From Giardia intestinalis (Eukaryota), in NCBI GenBank assembly GCA_000002435.2, contig CM018792.1: DNA of 64,000 nucleotides; one strand, given 5' to 3'. Under the pieces are notes generated by a model. It had not been told where the DNA came from. It searched no databases and was given only the letters and a program-made list of their open reading frames with translations. Positions 48,702-57,895 of the stretch are shown here, one piece after another (positions within the stretch are counted from its first letter, which is position 1; every line of letters begins with the position of its first letter). A program made the translations under genes and the position numbers.

Positions 48702-49349
48702 TCATAGAACAGCACATAGTCTGCAGTTTGTCTTCTTGGCTTCTTTGAGAAACATTTTGGACGCTGCAGACAGGTCATCGGACTTCTTCATGACCTCATC
48801 AAGACTCCTCCCACGCTCAACAATCTTCTCTAGATTTGCATACGCCATGTCTCGCACTTCATCGATATCTTTGGCCAGCTTAGAAAGCTGATCGTTCTCT
48901 TCTGGCCTCTGAGCTCTCTTTAAAAGAGGAACTAAGTCTACAAGACCACCATCCTCTTTTGGCCCTACAGCATCTTTGGAGACATTGAGCTTGTTGGGCG
49001 GTAAATTCATCGCTAGAGAAAGCATCTCCTTAAGGTAATGGTTTGCGAAGCGGATGGCATACGAAGTATTGGCTACTAGGATTGCAGTTGTACCGCTTGA
49101 ATTCTTAAGTCCATAGACGCAGTACGCAAAGTCATTGTTTGCTGACGCCTTTATCATGTTCCCAGGCTGCAGAGCAAGGGCGACGGACCGAGCTGAGAAA
49201 CGCATGATCTCTTTGGCAGATCCCCGGGTCACCAAAGAGAGAGACGAGACGTCGTGTGCGGCTGCAACTATGGCAACGGTTTTCTCCTCCCCATTGACAG
49301 GAGGCAGGTCCTGGATCAGGGCCACGTACATGACCGGAGAAGAGGTCAT
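48702..49349 (-). CDS. YKT6: Ykt6-like longin R-SNARE (no TM, C-terminal CaaX-like CAVL)
   Basis: Longin domain VMYVALIQD...KTVAIVAAAHDVSSLSLVTRGSAKEIMRFSAR matches Ykt6 (lyalsilyk..kvvllkaayDVSSFSFFqRssvqEFMtFtsq). R-SNARE motif DEVRDMAYANLEKIVERGRSLDEVMKKSDDLSAASKMFLKEAKK. Ends NCRLCAVL. Start set at second ATG 49349. Track start 49367 would overlap the Rpt4 ATG. Confidence 0.7.
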   Translation of the reverse strand: MTSSPVMYVALIQDLPPVNGEEKTVAIVAAAHDVSSLSLVTRGSAKEIMRFSARSVALALQPGNMIKASANNDFAYCVYGLKNSSGTTAILVANTSYAIRFANHYLKEMLSLAMNLPPNKLNVSKDAVGPKEDGGLVDLVPLLKRAQRPEENDQLSKLAKDIDEVRDMAYANLEKIVERGRSLDEVMKKSDDLSAASKMFLKEAKKTNCRLCAVL

Positions 49350-49357
49350 TTTTAAAA
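49350..49357. promoter_or_regulatory. 8-bp palindromic spacer TTTTAAAA between the divergent Ykt6 and Rpt4 start codons (minimal bidirectional initiator candidate)
   Basis: ggtCAT TTTTAAAA ATGccc. Minus ATG at 49347-49349. Plus ATG at 49358-49360. Confidence 0.35.
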
Positions 49358-50563
49358 ATGCCCCCATCGCAAGCGAAGCTGCAGGAGTATCGTAACGTTG
49401 TGAGGGAGCACAACAAAATAGACGCCGACCTGAAGGCTATACGGGCCAAGGAAAAGGAGATAACGCAGACCCTTGAGGACAGCAACGAGCTGCTGTTGAG
49501 TCTGCATGCATACGGTGAACAGCTGGCCACTGTCATCCAGGTTATCGACGCAGATAACATCTTAATTAGGCTCCTCTCTGGGCCCCGCTATTTGGTCAAC
49601 AGGCGGTCTGGAATTAATCCTCGCTACATTAAGTCAGGGACCCGTGTCTCTGTGTCTCTCTCAACCTACTCCATAATGCACATCCTCCCACCTCAGATGG
49701 ACGAGTCTATCTATTCCATGTCGGACGCAGGGACAACCGGTGTGTCACCAGAGGATGCAGTTACCTATGCTGACATCGGCGGTTTACACGATGAAATTAA
49801 ACTGATTAAGGAGAGCATAGAGCTGCCACTCCGCAACCCAGACATCTTTAAACGCGTAGGCATTAAGCCCCCCAAGTCCATTCTCCTCTATGGAGCCCCG
49901 GGAACTGGCAAAAGCCTTATCTGTAAGTGCCTAGCCAACTCCTTGGGAATTTCTTACATCAAGTGTGTCGGCTCACAGCTTATTAGAAAGTACATCGGAG
50001 AGTCTGCGAGATTGGTGAGAGACCTTTTTGCATATGCCAAACTCAAGAAACCATGCCTTCTAATGATTGACGAAGTTGACGCCATTGCGACCAAGCGCTC
50101 AGATGACGGAACTCATAACGACCGTGAGGTCGACCGCGCACTCCTCCAGCTCCTGACTGAGATAGATGGGTTCACGGGCCTAGATGAGAGCATAAAAATA
50201 GTCTTTTGCACTAACAGGCCAGAGGCTCTCGACCCCGCGCTAATGCGCCCTGGAAGATGCGACGTGAAAATAGAAATAAGACTTCCAGATCCCACAGGCC
50301 GATACGAAATACTCAAGATCCACAGCAAGGGGCTTTCTCTTGGGGAGGACGTGGACTTCGCTGGGATCGTAAAGTCGACGGATGGGTTTAACGGTGCAGA
50401 TCTGCGAAATGTGATAACAGAGGCAGGGCTCGGTGCTCTCAGGGCAGAGCGGGGCGAGATACATCAAGAGGATCTGCTTGCAGCTGTGGCAGTCATACGC
50501 AGTAATAAGTCTATAGAATCCGAGACACATTCTTACACCCTGAAGGGTCACAATAGTAAATAA
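49358..50563 (+). CDS. RPT4: 26S proteasome regulatory subunit ATPase Rpt4 (PSMC6/S10b-like)
   Basis: N-terminal coiled coil. [76 protein letters not shown] and [17 protein letters not shown] align closely with Rpt4 ([83 protein letters not shown]). Confidence 0.9.
   Translation: [401 protein letters not shown]
50555..50561 (+). promoter_or_regulatory. AGTAAAT polyadenylation motif overlapping the Rpt4 stop codon (AGTAAATAA)
   Basis: caatAGTAAATAAcgcc. The motif's last T is the first base of the stop codon TAA (50561-50563). Confidence 0.45.
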
Positions 50564-50586
50564 CGCCGCCATTCTATGCTTGTGTC

Positions 50587-53217
50587 TTAGGCGAGGTCAG
50601 CGATTATTCCATTCAGTTCAGAGATGCACAGTTTGGCGTTTGCTAGGACTTGTAGCCCCGTTGCATATTGAGAAAGAAAGGCTTCTATCACTGATCTACA
50701 TGCTGCCAGCTCGCTTGCACTTGCTATTACTTTAATGGAATCCAACAGGGGATAGCCCCTACCCTCTTTAAAAGGTGTGTAGGGCCGAATGAGCACACGG
50801 CACGCAAAGATGATTCCATGCAAACTATTGAGAGTTATGGATCGCACAGACTCCAGTTCAGTGAAGAGGCATGACAGGGCGCTGGATCCCGTGCCGAAAA
50901 TGGGCGATGTGGCCCGTGCAGCTGAAACACGAAGGTGAATATTTGGAGAAGAAAGACATGTAATGACTGTGGATAGTACGTGTGGGTGAGAGGATCGCAA
51001 AAAGGAGGCCGTTGTGTGTGAAGGAGCACAGCTAGCAAGAATTTGAAGAAGGGCGAAGAGCCCAGGATCTGACCTCACTATGTATGTACTGCTACGGAAT
51101 ACTCTGCTAAGAAAGAGATCCTCGATGTGGTACCGCTTCTGGTGTTTCGATGTTTGCCTGGCAACCCTCGTTGCGAGTCCCATCAGTGCAGAGAATGCCG
51201 CGCATCTAAATAAGTAGTGCTTAGATCCATATCTTTCTAACAGCACAATTACTTCCCCTGCTATTCTAGAGAAAATTCTGAACTCAAATGGCGTAGTGGC
51301 CTCCAACAACAATACGTGGAGAACAAGCATGGAGTGAAGCCCAGACCGAAGATCTGATTCATGTCCTAATAGCCTGAGAGTGGCCAGGTTCCGCAAGAGA
51401 GCGTTGAGAATACTACCTACCGATTTGTTCAAATACAGATACCAATCTTCCTGGAGCAAGTTGGGTCCTTGTCCACGAAGCGCACGTTGTCTATGTCCCT
51501 TATCCTCTCTGGTAGCTACAGGGTCATTCGGTGATTTGGAGGCAAAGCTGTTGTCGACGCTATCTGGAGCAAGGGTGCTCTGCGCAAGAAACTCGTAAGC
51601 TATTATATCGTTGGAGGCATACTTTTGCTGAAGTTGTGAGACAATACCGTTAACATAGCTCAAAATAAGTGATGGTAGAGAGCCTCCGCCGCGGGAAATA
51701 GGTACCTGTTGGCTTCCTATCAAGCTGAGAAGAGTTCTGTTGATAGCGGTTAGAACAATACGAGATGATTCCGCTTCTTGGTGGTTGCATGGGTGTCTAG
51801 CCAAATGTGCAATTAGGCTTTGAAATGATGTCCTGCACGAACCGATAACTTCTTTGTGGAATATTGGTGCAAGGGTACATACCATTGTGGTGATGTCTTT
51901 AGTGAGCATGTGTGTCTTAACTAGGCTCAACGATTGACTGCTTATCAGCTGAGAGGTACTCCAAAAGAGCTCAGCAGAGGAGATGACAAAGGACCAGGAT
52001 GCAATGTGGTAGATGTCTCGGCTGGAAATAAATCCATGCTCACTGAAAACTCCAGCACACAGATCGCTATATAAGTTGGTAGTTGTATCCTCTGGCTCGC
52101 TGACGTGTATCTTGCCCGATGACAAATCAACGTGTTCCTCTGTATTCACGTATCTAAAGATGTGTGGATTGTCTGTCATTCCGCGGATGGCCATCTGAAC
52201 ATAATATGTAAATCTGGAAGATAGTTGGCGACAGTCTCGTAGATATTTCTGAATGAAGCACGGAATGCTAGGCTTGGTGTGCGGCACATCAGCATGAGGA
52301 GAGGTTAGGCTCGAAAGTTCCTTCATGTAAAATAGCATGCTGAGAACCATGACTTCTATCAGCAGCATGCAGTCAGTGAGGCACCTTATTGTTTCTTTGT
52401 TAACGAGCTCAGCGGGGCCTCGTGAAAGAGACTGAAGAAAGTTATCCAAACTGGTCGAGTCCAGGACAGACGTTAGAGAATAAAAGACTGATGCTCCTAA
52501 TGGGAGCTCCTCCGCTACCGCCAGTACAAGAAATAGTGTACTGGCAAAGGATTTGATTGAGCTTTGAGAAGAGGGGAGCAGCTCAACATATTGTGATGTA
52601 AGCTTTGCTTGGACTTCGTGAAGCACTGAATTATCGCGCTGGCTTGTGGAGAACGAGATGCGGATAAAGTCAAACAGCACGGGCAATAGTGCCACATGCG
52701 CTGAGGCTTTAGAGAGAATCGTCAACTCTAGCATAAGATCAAGAGAGGAAATGGGCAAGGAAACGCCTGCGTGCTTAATGTTCTCCACGACTGCGTGTAA
52801 TACCTTGAGCCCAAAGACAGGAAGAGTCTTAGAACTAAAGTCGTATCTATGAATAATCTCTGTCACTGTCCGTTCAAAGAGGGTCACAAGGGTGGCTTGA
52901 AGCAGCTGTTTCTCCATGCCAATCTTGAAAATCAGGCTACCCAATTTGCTTTCATCTTCAGAGGATAGTGTTGAGACAGTCTGCTTTAGATGAAGCGATC
53001 GAAGCTTATTGTGAAGCGTGGCGATTCTATACGCTACTAACTTGGTCCCTAAGGAGGCAATAAGCTGTGCTTCAGCTTGTTGGCCACGGGGGCAAGAAAC
53101 CAGCGTACTAAGAAGGATGAGCTTATCTGCAACTTCAGGGGTGTACTCTCTGTTACAATATTTACATGAGCCTATTGCAGCAGGGCTTAAGCCCCACAGC
53201 ACATCCCGGTTCAGCAT
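50587..53217 (-). CDS. hypothetical protein, 876 aa, HEAT/ARM-like helical
   Basis: Long ORF with ATG at 53217. No catalytic motif recognised. Confidence 0.5.
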   Translation of the reverse strand: MLNRDVLWGLSPAAIGSCKYCNREYTPEVADKLILLSTLVSCPRGQQAEAQLIASLGTKLVAYRIATLHNKLRSLHLKQTVSTLSSEDESKLGSLIFKIGMEKQLLQATLVTLFERTVTEIIHRYDFSSKTLPVFGLKVLHAVVENIKHAGVSLPISSLDLMLELTILSKASAHVALLPVLFDFIRISFSTSQRDNSVLHEVQAKLTSQYVELLPSSQSSIKSFASTLFLVLAVAEELPLGASVFYSLTSVLDSTSLDNFLQSLSRGPAELVNKETIRCLTDCMLLIEVMVLSMLFYMKELSSLTSPHADVPHTKPSIPCFIQKYLRDCRQLSSRFTYYVQMAIRGMTDNPHIFRYVNTEEHVDLSSGKIHVSEPEDTTTNLYSDLCAGVFSEHGFISSRDIYHIASWSFVISSAELFWSTSQLISSQSLSLVKTHMLTKDITTMVCTLAPIFHKEVIGSCRTSFQSLIAHLARHPCNHQEAESSRIVLTAINRTLLSLIGSQQVPISRGGGSLPSLILSYVNGIVSQLQQKYASNDIIAYEFLAQSTLAPDSVDNSFASKSPNDPVATREDKGHRQRALRGQGPNLLQEDWYLYLNKSVGSILNALLRNLATLRLLGHESDLRSGLHSMLVLHVLLLEATTPFEFRIFSRIAGEVIVLLERYGSKHYLFRCAAFSALMGLATRVARQTSKHQKRYHIEDLFLSRVFRSSTYIVRSDPGLFALLQILASCAPSHTTASFLRSSHPHVLSTVITCLSSPNIHLRVSAARATSPIFGTGSSALSCLFTELESVRSITLNSLHGIIFACRVLIRPYTPFKEGRGYPLLDSIKVIASASELAACRSVIEAFLSQYATGLQVLANAKLCISELNGIIADLA

Positions 53218-53266
53218 GATTATTTACTTTTCCCGGCACGTTTCTCTTAACACGTCTCTTAGCGCA

Positions 53267-54805
53267 CTAGTTTCTCCACACGCGCACTGTTCGGTCTTTG
53301 CTCCCGCTTATGGCGATGTCTCCGTCGAGGGCCCAATCAATTGCATAGACCTCATCCTCATGGCCGGGTAGGTCCCGGAGCATTGTGCGCTTGGACAGGG
53401 AGTAGAGCTTGCAAGTGCTGTCCTTTCCGCAGCTGATGAGGAACCGGCTGTCAGAGCTAAAGCTAACCCTGTAGCACTGATTGACATGATTTCGAAAGAT
53501 ACTAATGTGCTTGCCAGTAACTCCATCCCAGAGGCGCACCGTTCGATCAAAGGATGCACTTGCTATATATTGTCCATTTGGGCTGAAACAGACATGATTC
53601 ACTGGCTTTGCATGGCCAGTCAGTCGCGTAAGAGGCTTGCAGCTTAGTGCAATAAAGTGTCTATCTGTGCCATCTGCTCTGTCAAGAATTGCCCTTCGAG
53701 CATCATCCAAAAGAATAGCTAGATCATAGAGATTAATGGTCTGGTCATCTGAGCACGTGAGGACCATCTCCCGCTGCGTAAGCATTTGCTTGTAGTAAGC
53801 CGGCCCCATTACGAGACAGATACGAGGCCCATAGCGCTGCAGATAGTCTGTGTTTAGCGCCAGGCTGTTAACCCAATGACCATGGTTCTTCAAGACAGCT
53901 AGACAACAATACTGCGCTTGTAATGAAGAGGAGTCGGTCTTTACCAAGGGGTGTTTGACGTAGGGCGTGGAATAGAGATATGTCTGCGTGTCCTCGCTGC
54001 TTACTAGCAAATAGTTGTCACGCGTCCATCGAACATCTGTAACGCACTTGGTTCCAGAGTGTACCACATGTTCCACAACTCCCGCGTCAGTGTTCCACAC
54101 CCGCACGGTTCCATCCTTTGACCCCGTTGCAAGCCGCAGTGAGGTGTTCGTGGAGATCAGATCACTCATCTTGGAATTCTTCGGAATGTTCTCGACGGGT
54201 AGTAAAGGAAGCGGCTGCCAAGCTAAGCTGCTGATGAACCTCTTGTGACCAATCAGCGCGCGTGAATGGAGTGCCCGGTTTGTCACCGGGTCCCAAATCC
54301 GAAGTTCCCCATCGACACCAGCAGAGGCCAATCGAGTGGCGCACGGGGAATATGCAACCCTAAGCACCCAATTCTTGTGTCCTCGTAGCACGTGTTTGCA
54401 TGTAAGGGTCAGCGAGTCCCATATCCGAATGGTCGTATCTCCACTAGCACTGGCGAATGTTAGACCATCAGGATTGAAGGAAACGTCAAGAACGCCTTCT
54501 GTGTGTCCTTCTAGAGTAGCGACCGATCGTGATACAGGTTTTACAGCAAAGAGAGCCAGTGGCCGGCACGTGATTATTACTGTCGTTTCCGTGGATACAG
54601 CGGCAGCCTCAATAGCTTGCTTGAGGGATCCACGCACCTCAGTTGTACCTATAAAGAAGGAGTACTTGATGGGGACATCGTCCGGATCGGTTGCTCGAAA
54701 AGTCCGCAGAACTTCTTGCAGGTCTGCCCCTGTTGTATCCTCGGGGATTTCCAATGTCTCTGCCAAGGCGTCTCCTGTGTCTGTGACAAGCTGAGCTATA
54801 ATCAT
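53267..54805 (-). CDS. NLE1: Notchless / Rsa4-like WD40 protein (ribosome large-subunit biogenesis)
   Basis: N-terminal Nle domain (IPEDTTGADLQEVLRTFRATDPDDVPIKYSFFIGTTEVRGSL...VIITCRPLALFAVKPVSRSVATLEGH) followed by WD repeats. GHTEGVLDVSFNPDGLTFASASGDTTIRIWDS...CKHVLRGHKNWVLRVAYSPCATRLASAGVDGELRIWDP aligns with Notchless (GHSEAVISVAFSPTGKYLASGSGDTTVRFWDL...CKGHRHWVLSISWSPDGKKLASGCKNGQILLWDP). Track start 54811 is TTG. ATG at 54805. Confidence 0.85.
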   Translation of the reverse strand: MIIAQLVTDTGDALAETLEIPEDTTGADLQEVLRTFRATDPDDVPIKYSFFIGTTEVRGSLKQAIEAAAVSTETTVIITCRPLALFAVKPVSRSVATLEGHTEGVLDVSFNPDGLTFASASGDTTIRIWDSLTLTCKHVLRGHKNWVLRVAYSPCATRLASAGVDGELRIWDPVTNRALHSRALIGHKRFISSLAWQPLPLLPVENIPKNSKMSDLISTNTSLRLATGSKDGTVRVWNTDAGVVEHVVHSGTKCVTDVRWTRDNYLLVSSEDTQTYLYSTPYVKHPLVKTDSSSLQAQYCCLAVLKNHGHWVNSLALNTDYLQRYGPRICLVMGPAYYKQMLTQREMVLTCSDDQTINLYDLAILLDDARRAILDRADGTDRHFIALSCKPLTRLTGHAKPVNHVCFSPNGQYIASASFDRTVRLWDGVTGKHISIFRNHVNQCYRVSFSSDSRFLISCGKDSTCKLYSLSKRTMLRDLPGHEDEVYAIDWALDGDIAISGSKDRTVRVWRN

Positions 54806-55357
54806 ATGCAATTAATTTAAAGCAGGGGTTCCTACCCGTCAGCCAATCTCGACAGCTGTGTATGAAAATTGTCTCCTCATGAATTTAGACTGAATTGTGA
54901 AAGAGTGGACCATGCAAAATACTGTGGTTGGGGCTTTTTGAAGAAGTTGGCACACAAAAAGCGAGACAATCCCCCGTACTTTCTTCCAGTTTGCCTCTAT
55001 ACAAGCTTTCTCGCTTGTCCTTGTTATGAACTACGGTACAAGAAGCGGGGATTACCTTGCAGACACCGGCCATTGGGAGTAGGCAGTGTTAAGAGTGAAA
55101 TGATCACAACGATAATCTGCTTCCACCGTTGAGCAAGTGGGTAATGCACATCTTTGCATAGTTTCCGGTTCCTGGATCAATGCAGCTGTAAACAGGTCAG
55201 TGGGATAGGCCAATGACTTGTCGGCTTGTGGAAAGTATTGATCATACTTGAAAAGCAGAGGAACCATATTACCATCTACCAGTAGGTGCAGTACATGCGC
55301 TGACAACTCAACCAAATCTGGGCAAAGGTCCGAGCCAAAAGAGGTTTAAAACTAAAG

Positions 55358-56257
55358 ATGTTTGCTATTCTTCTAGTGCTGGGGATCTCTTTGTACATTT
55401 TCTCCCGCCACAGAGGAAGAGGGCTTCTACGCAGATATCCGGGCCGCTATGCAATCGTCCTGGGTGCCACAGGCGGTCTTGGAACGTCATTTTGCAAGCG
55501 TCTCCTAGACGAGGGATACTCCCTCATCGTATCTGGCAGGTCTCTTCAGTCTATCAGTGGCTTGAAAAGCCGACTCGACGTGCCTGATAATAAGCTTGTT
55601 CCTTTTCCGTACGATGCAAGTTCTGCCACGATTGGGGATTTTTCTACAAAGCTTAATGAGTTGCTGACTATTCATGCCATCGATCAAGATGACATTGCCG
55701 TGGTCGTCATGGCTGCTGGATTTGGGGAGTACTCCTCTTTCGAGGACACGACCCTCGAGCACAAGTTATCTTTGCTCAATTGCGATTTTGTCTTTCCGGT
55801 TGAAGTCTCAGACTACTTTTACAAACAGTTCTGCGCTAGGAATAAAAAGCCCCGTGACCGCACTGCACTGATCTACATCTCATCCTGTCTCGCTGTGCAC
55901 CCTGGCCCCAACTTTGCTCTCTATCACGCCTCGAAGGCCGGTGTCTCTGCCTTGGCATCGTCCCTCTACATGGAGGCAGCAAGGCACCGCATTGATGTTC
56001 TAGCGGTACACCCAGGGACAATCAAGGACTCTAACTTCTTCCAGAGGCCAGAAATGCACTTCGGCGACCTTCCTCGCACGCGAAAACTCGGTCACACTAA
56101 GCTTTTATCACTCACCACGAAGCAAATTGTTGACGAGACCTTTAAGTACTTAGGTCTATGTGCCCATCTTCATGTTGGCTTGACGTCCTGCATGACAGTT
56201 GCTCTCTACTCCTTGGTACCGCGTTCCATCATATGTTGGCTTATCAGACATAAATAG
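55358..56257 (+). CDS. short-chain dehydrogenase/reductase (3-ketoacyl-CoA reductase / 17beta-HSD12-like, N-terminal membrane anchor)
   Basis: N-terminal hydrophobic helix MFAILLVLGISLYIFS. Cofactor motif AIVLGATGGLGTSFCKRL (TGxxxGxG). Catalytic YHASKAG (YxxxK). Upstream SS for the Ser of the triad. Confidence 0.8.
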   Translation: MFAILLVLGISLYIFSRHRGRGLLRRYPGRYAIVLGATGGLGTSFCKRLLDEGYSLIVSGRSLQSISGLKSRLDVPDNKLVPFPYDASSATIGDFSTKLNELLTIHAIDQDDIAVVVMAAGFGEYSSFEDTTLEHKLSLLNCDFVFPVEVSDYFYKQFCARNKKPRDRTALIYISSCLAVHPGPNFALYHASKAGVSALASSLYMEAARHRIDVLAVHPGTIKDSNFFQRPEMHFGDLPRTRKLGHTKLLSLTTKQIVDETFKYLGLCAHLHVGLTSCMTVALYSLVPRSIICWLIRHK

Positions 56258-56325
56258 AGTTTACTACATTTACTGGTATTCACTAACGCGCAAAGCTACG
56301 TCTCACAAGGCTTGACGTGGCACTA

Positions 56326-57411
56326 TCATGCATATGGCCCGGAGCTGTATGAGTCTGCTTCTGTGAAGAGATGCGATACTTCGTTTTTATCTAGCGTACC
56401 CATACCATGATGAGCTGCCACGGGGTCTGACGTCCTGTAGAGTAAGTTAATAATAGTGCAGGAGGAGCAGTGGAGAGCGAAAAACCCAACTATCCCAAGC
56501 GTCACTGCAATTAGTATCACTTCCCATCGCAACAGTGACCCCTCAGAGGTCAGATTGAGAGACAGCATGACTCCATTATCAAACTGATTGGCTGCTATTG
56601 AATCCTTAAATAGAATAAAAGAAGCATCAGCATTGTTACTTTCGTCCTCGTCTGAGCTTAGGTCTTGGAGGGTCAAAGACACAGGCGCTCTGATCCGTTT
56701 GTTATCCGCACACAGAGTCTCCACAGTGGCAAGGAGAGAGCAGCCTGCAGACTTTATCGTTGGGATGTTAGTTATATCTACGGTCACTGATCGCGTTGCC
56801 GACGATAGCACAACCCCAGAATAGGCAGAGTAGTCCACATAGATCGAGCCTGACACAGGAATTTGCTGCTCTAACGCCAGGTCGCCGCTTGGAGACAGCC
56901 CCCGGAGAACAATCTCCTCAGAACCTACGTTAGTAAATCCCAATAGAATAGCTTCGGTACTATCGTATCCGTCAATCTGTGTGCCACGTGTACTGTGGAG
57001 TATGTACTCCAGCACTCGAGGATCCTCCCAGAAATCGATTTCATACTGGGCTTGTCGCCGGCCAGAAAAGCGCATTGTCCTGGGGGCGTCAAGAATAGCG
57101 TCAGAAAAATTACACCGGTAAACACTATAGCATACTGTGTGGCGCGTAACACCGTGGCAATTCACCTCGTAATACAGAGGTGCGTTGGGCGAAACGGAAT
57201 CTGACTCAGGTGGGATGCTAGAAGAATCGAGGTAAGAAAAGGTATGGTCTGATGGAAGAAGGTGACGGTGTCGTGTGAAAGCAAATCTCGTCTGGTGTGT
57301 CTTGGAGAGAGTGCCACCAACGACTCCTCCTATTAGTAGACCCAGAAGAATAGGTCCAACAAAAAATGTAAGCAGGGTCTGTATCTTGATGAGAGTAGGG
57401 TGACAGCTCAT
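56326..57411 (-). CDS. hypothetical membrane protein (N-terminal and C-terminal hydrophobic helices, large intervening domain)
   Basis: N-terminal LLTFFVGPILLGLLIGGVVGG. C-terminal VILIAVTLGIVGFFALHCSSCTII. Track start 57417 is TTG. ATG at 57411. Confidence 0.45.
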   Translation of the reverse strand: MSCHPTLIKIQTLLTFFVGPILLGLLIGGVVGGTLSKTHQTRFAFTRHRHLLPSDHTFSYLDSSSIPPESDSVSPNAPLYYEVNCHGVTRHTVCYSVYRCNFSDAILDAPRTMRFSGRRQAQYEIDFWEDPRVLEYILHSTRGTQIDGYDSTEAILLGFTNVGSEEIVLRGLSPSGDLALEQQIPVSGSIYVDYSAYSGVVLSSATRSVTVDITNIPTIKSAGCSLLATVETLCADNKRIRAPVSLTLQDLSSDEDESNNADASFILFKDSIAANQFDNGVMLSLNLTSEGSLLRWEVILIAVTLGIVGFFALHCSSCTIINLLYRTSDPVAAHHGMGTLDKNEVSHLFTEADSYSSGPYA

Positions 57412-57450
57412 GCTCAAGTGAGGAGGGTGTTTTTTGTTACCTTAACGGAT

Positions 57451-57723
57451 TTAAGTTGCATTGGCGCTTTGTGAAGAGCATGACAGGGTATAAACGGCGG
57501 GGGACTGAATTTTCCGCAGGGTAAGGTATATTAATAAGCATCCAAAAAGCTCCAGCACAGTGATCGAGCTTATGAATAGAAGCACAAGGACGCAGATCAG
57601 ATCGATTCGAGACATGAAAGAAGAAAGGCCGTAGTATGCTCCGATCAGTACAGCCGCAGTAAGCGCTAGAGGCAAGACGGCGAGGCACGTCAAACTAACT
57701 AGCCATACACCCCTCGAGTTCAT
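57451..57723 (-). CDS. small hypothetical membrane protein, 90 aa, two hydrophobic segments
   Basis: First ATG (57723) of the track ORF (TTG start at 57747). Preceded by GATAAAACAAAA. Sequence has two hydrophobic segments (LVSLTCLAVLPLALTAAVLIGAYYG and LICVLVLLFISSITVLELFGCLLIYL). Confidence 0.3.
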   Translation of the reverse strand: MNSRGVWLVSLTCLAVLPLALTAAVLIGAYYGLSSFMSRIDLICVLVLLFISSITVLELFGCLLIYLTLRKIQSPAVYTLSCSSQSANAT

Positions 57724-57895
57724 TTTTGTTTTATCGCTCTTTGCCAAGACCTCTCCGTTTGCTTCCGGAAGACATGGGAGCAGCTTACAGGCTTTGTCTA
57801 CAGCTGTACGATGCGTGGCACTTCAGAGGCGCGCGGATCAAGTAAAAAATCAAAAAGTGGATTCTGACGCCCTTCTCTTCGTGGGTTGCTGAGAC

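Noticed and set aside
49132-49560. 142-aa minus-strand ORF spanning the Ykt6 and Rpt4 junction; 110-aa ORF 50240..50572
   Set aside because: These overlap well-supported Ykt6 and Rpt4 frames. They are spurious antisense or alternative-frame ORFs.
55052-55315. 87-aa minus-strand ORF in the Notchless/SDR spacer
   Set aside because: The track start is TTG. The first ATG (55267) leaves 71 aa with no A/T-rich upstream element and no domain. It is kept only as a possibility in the spacer finding.
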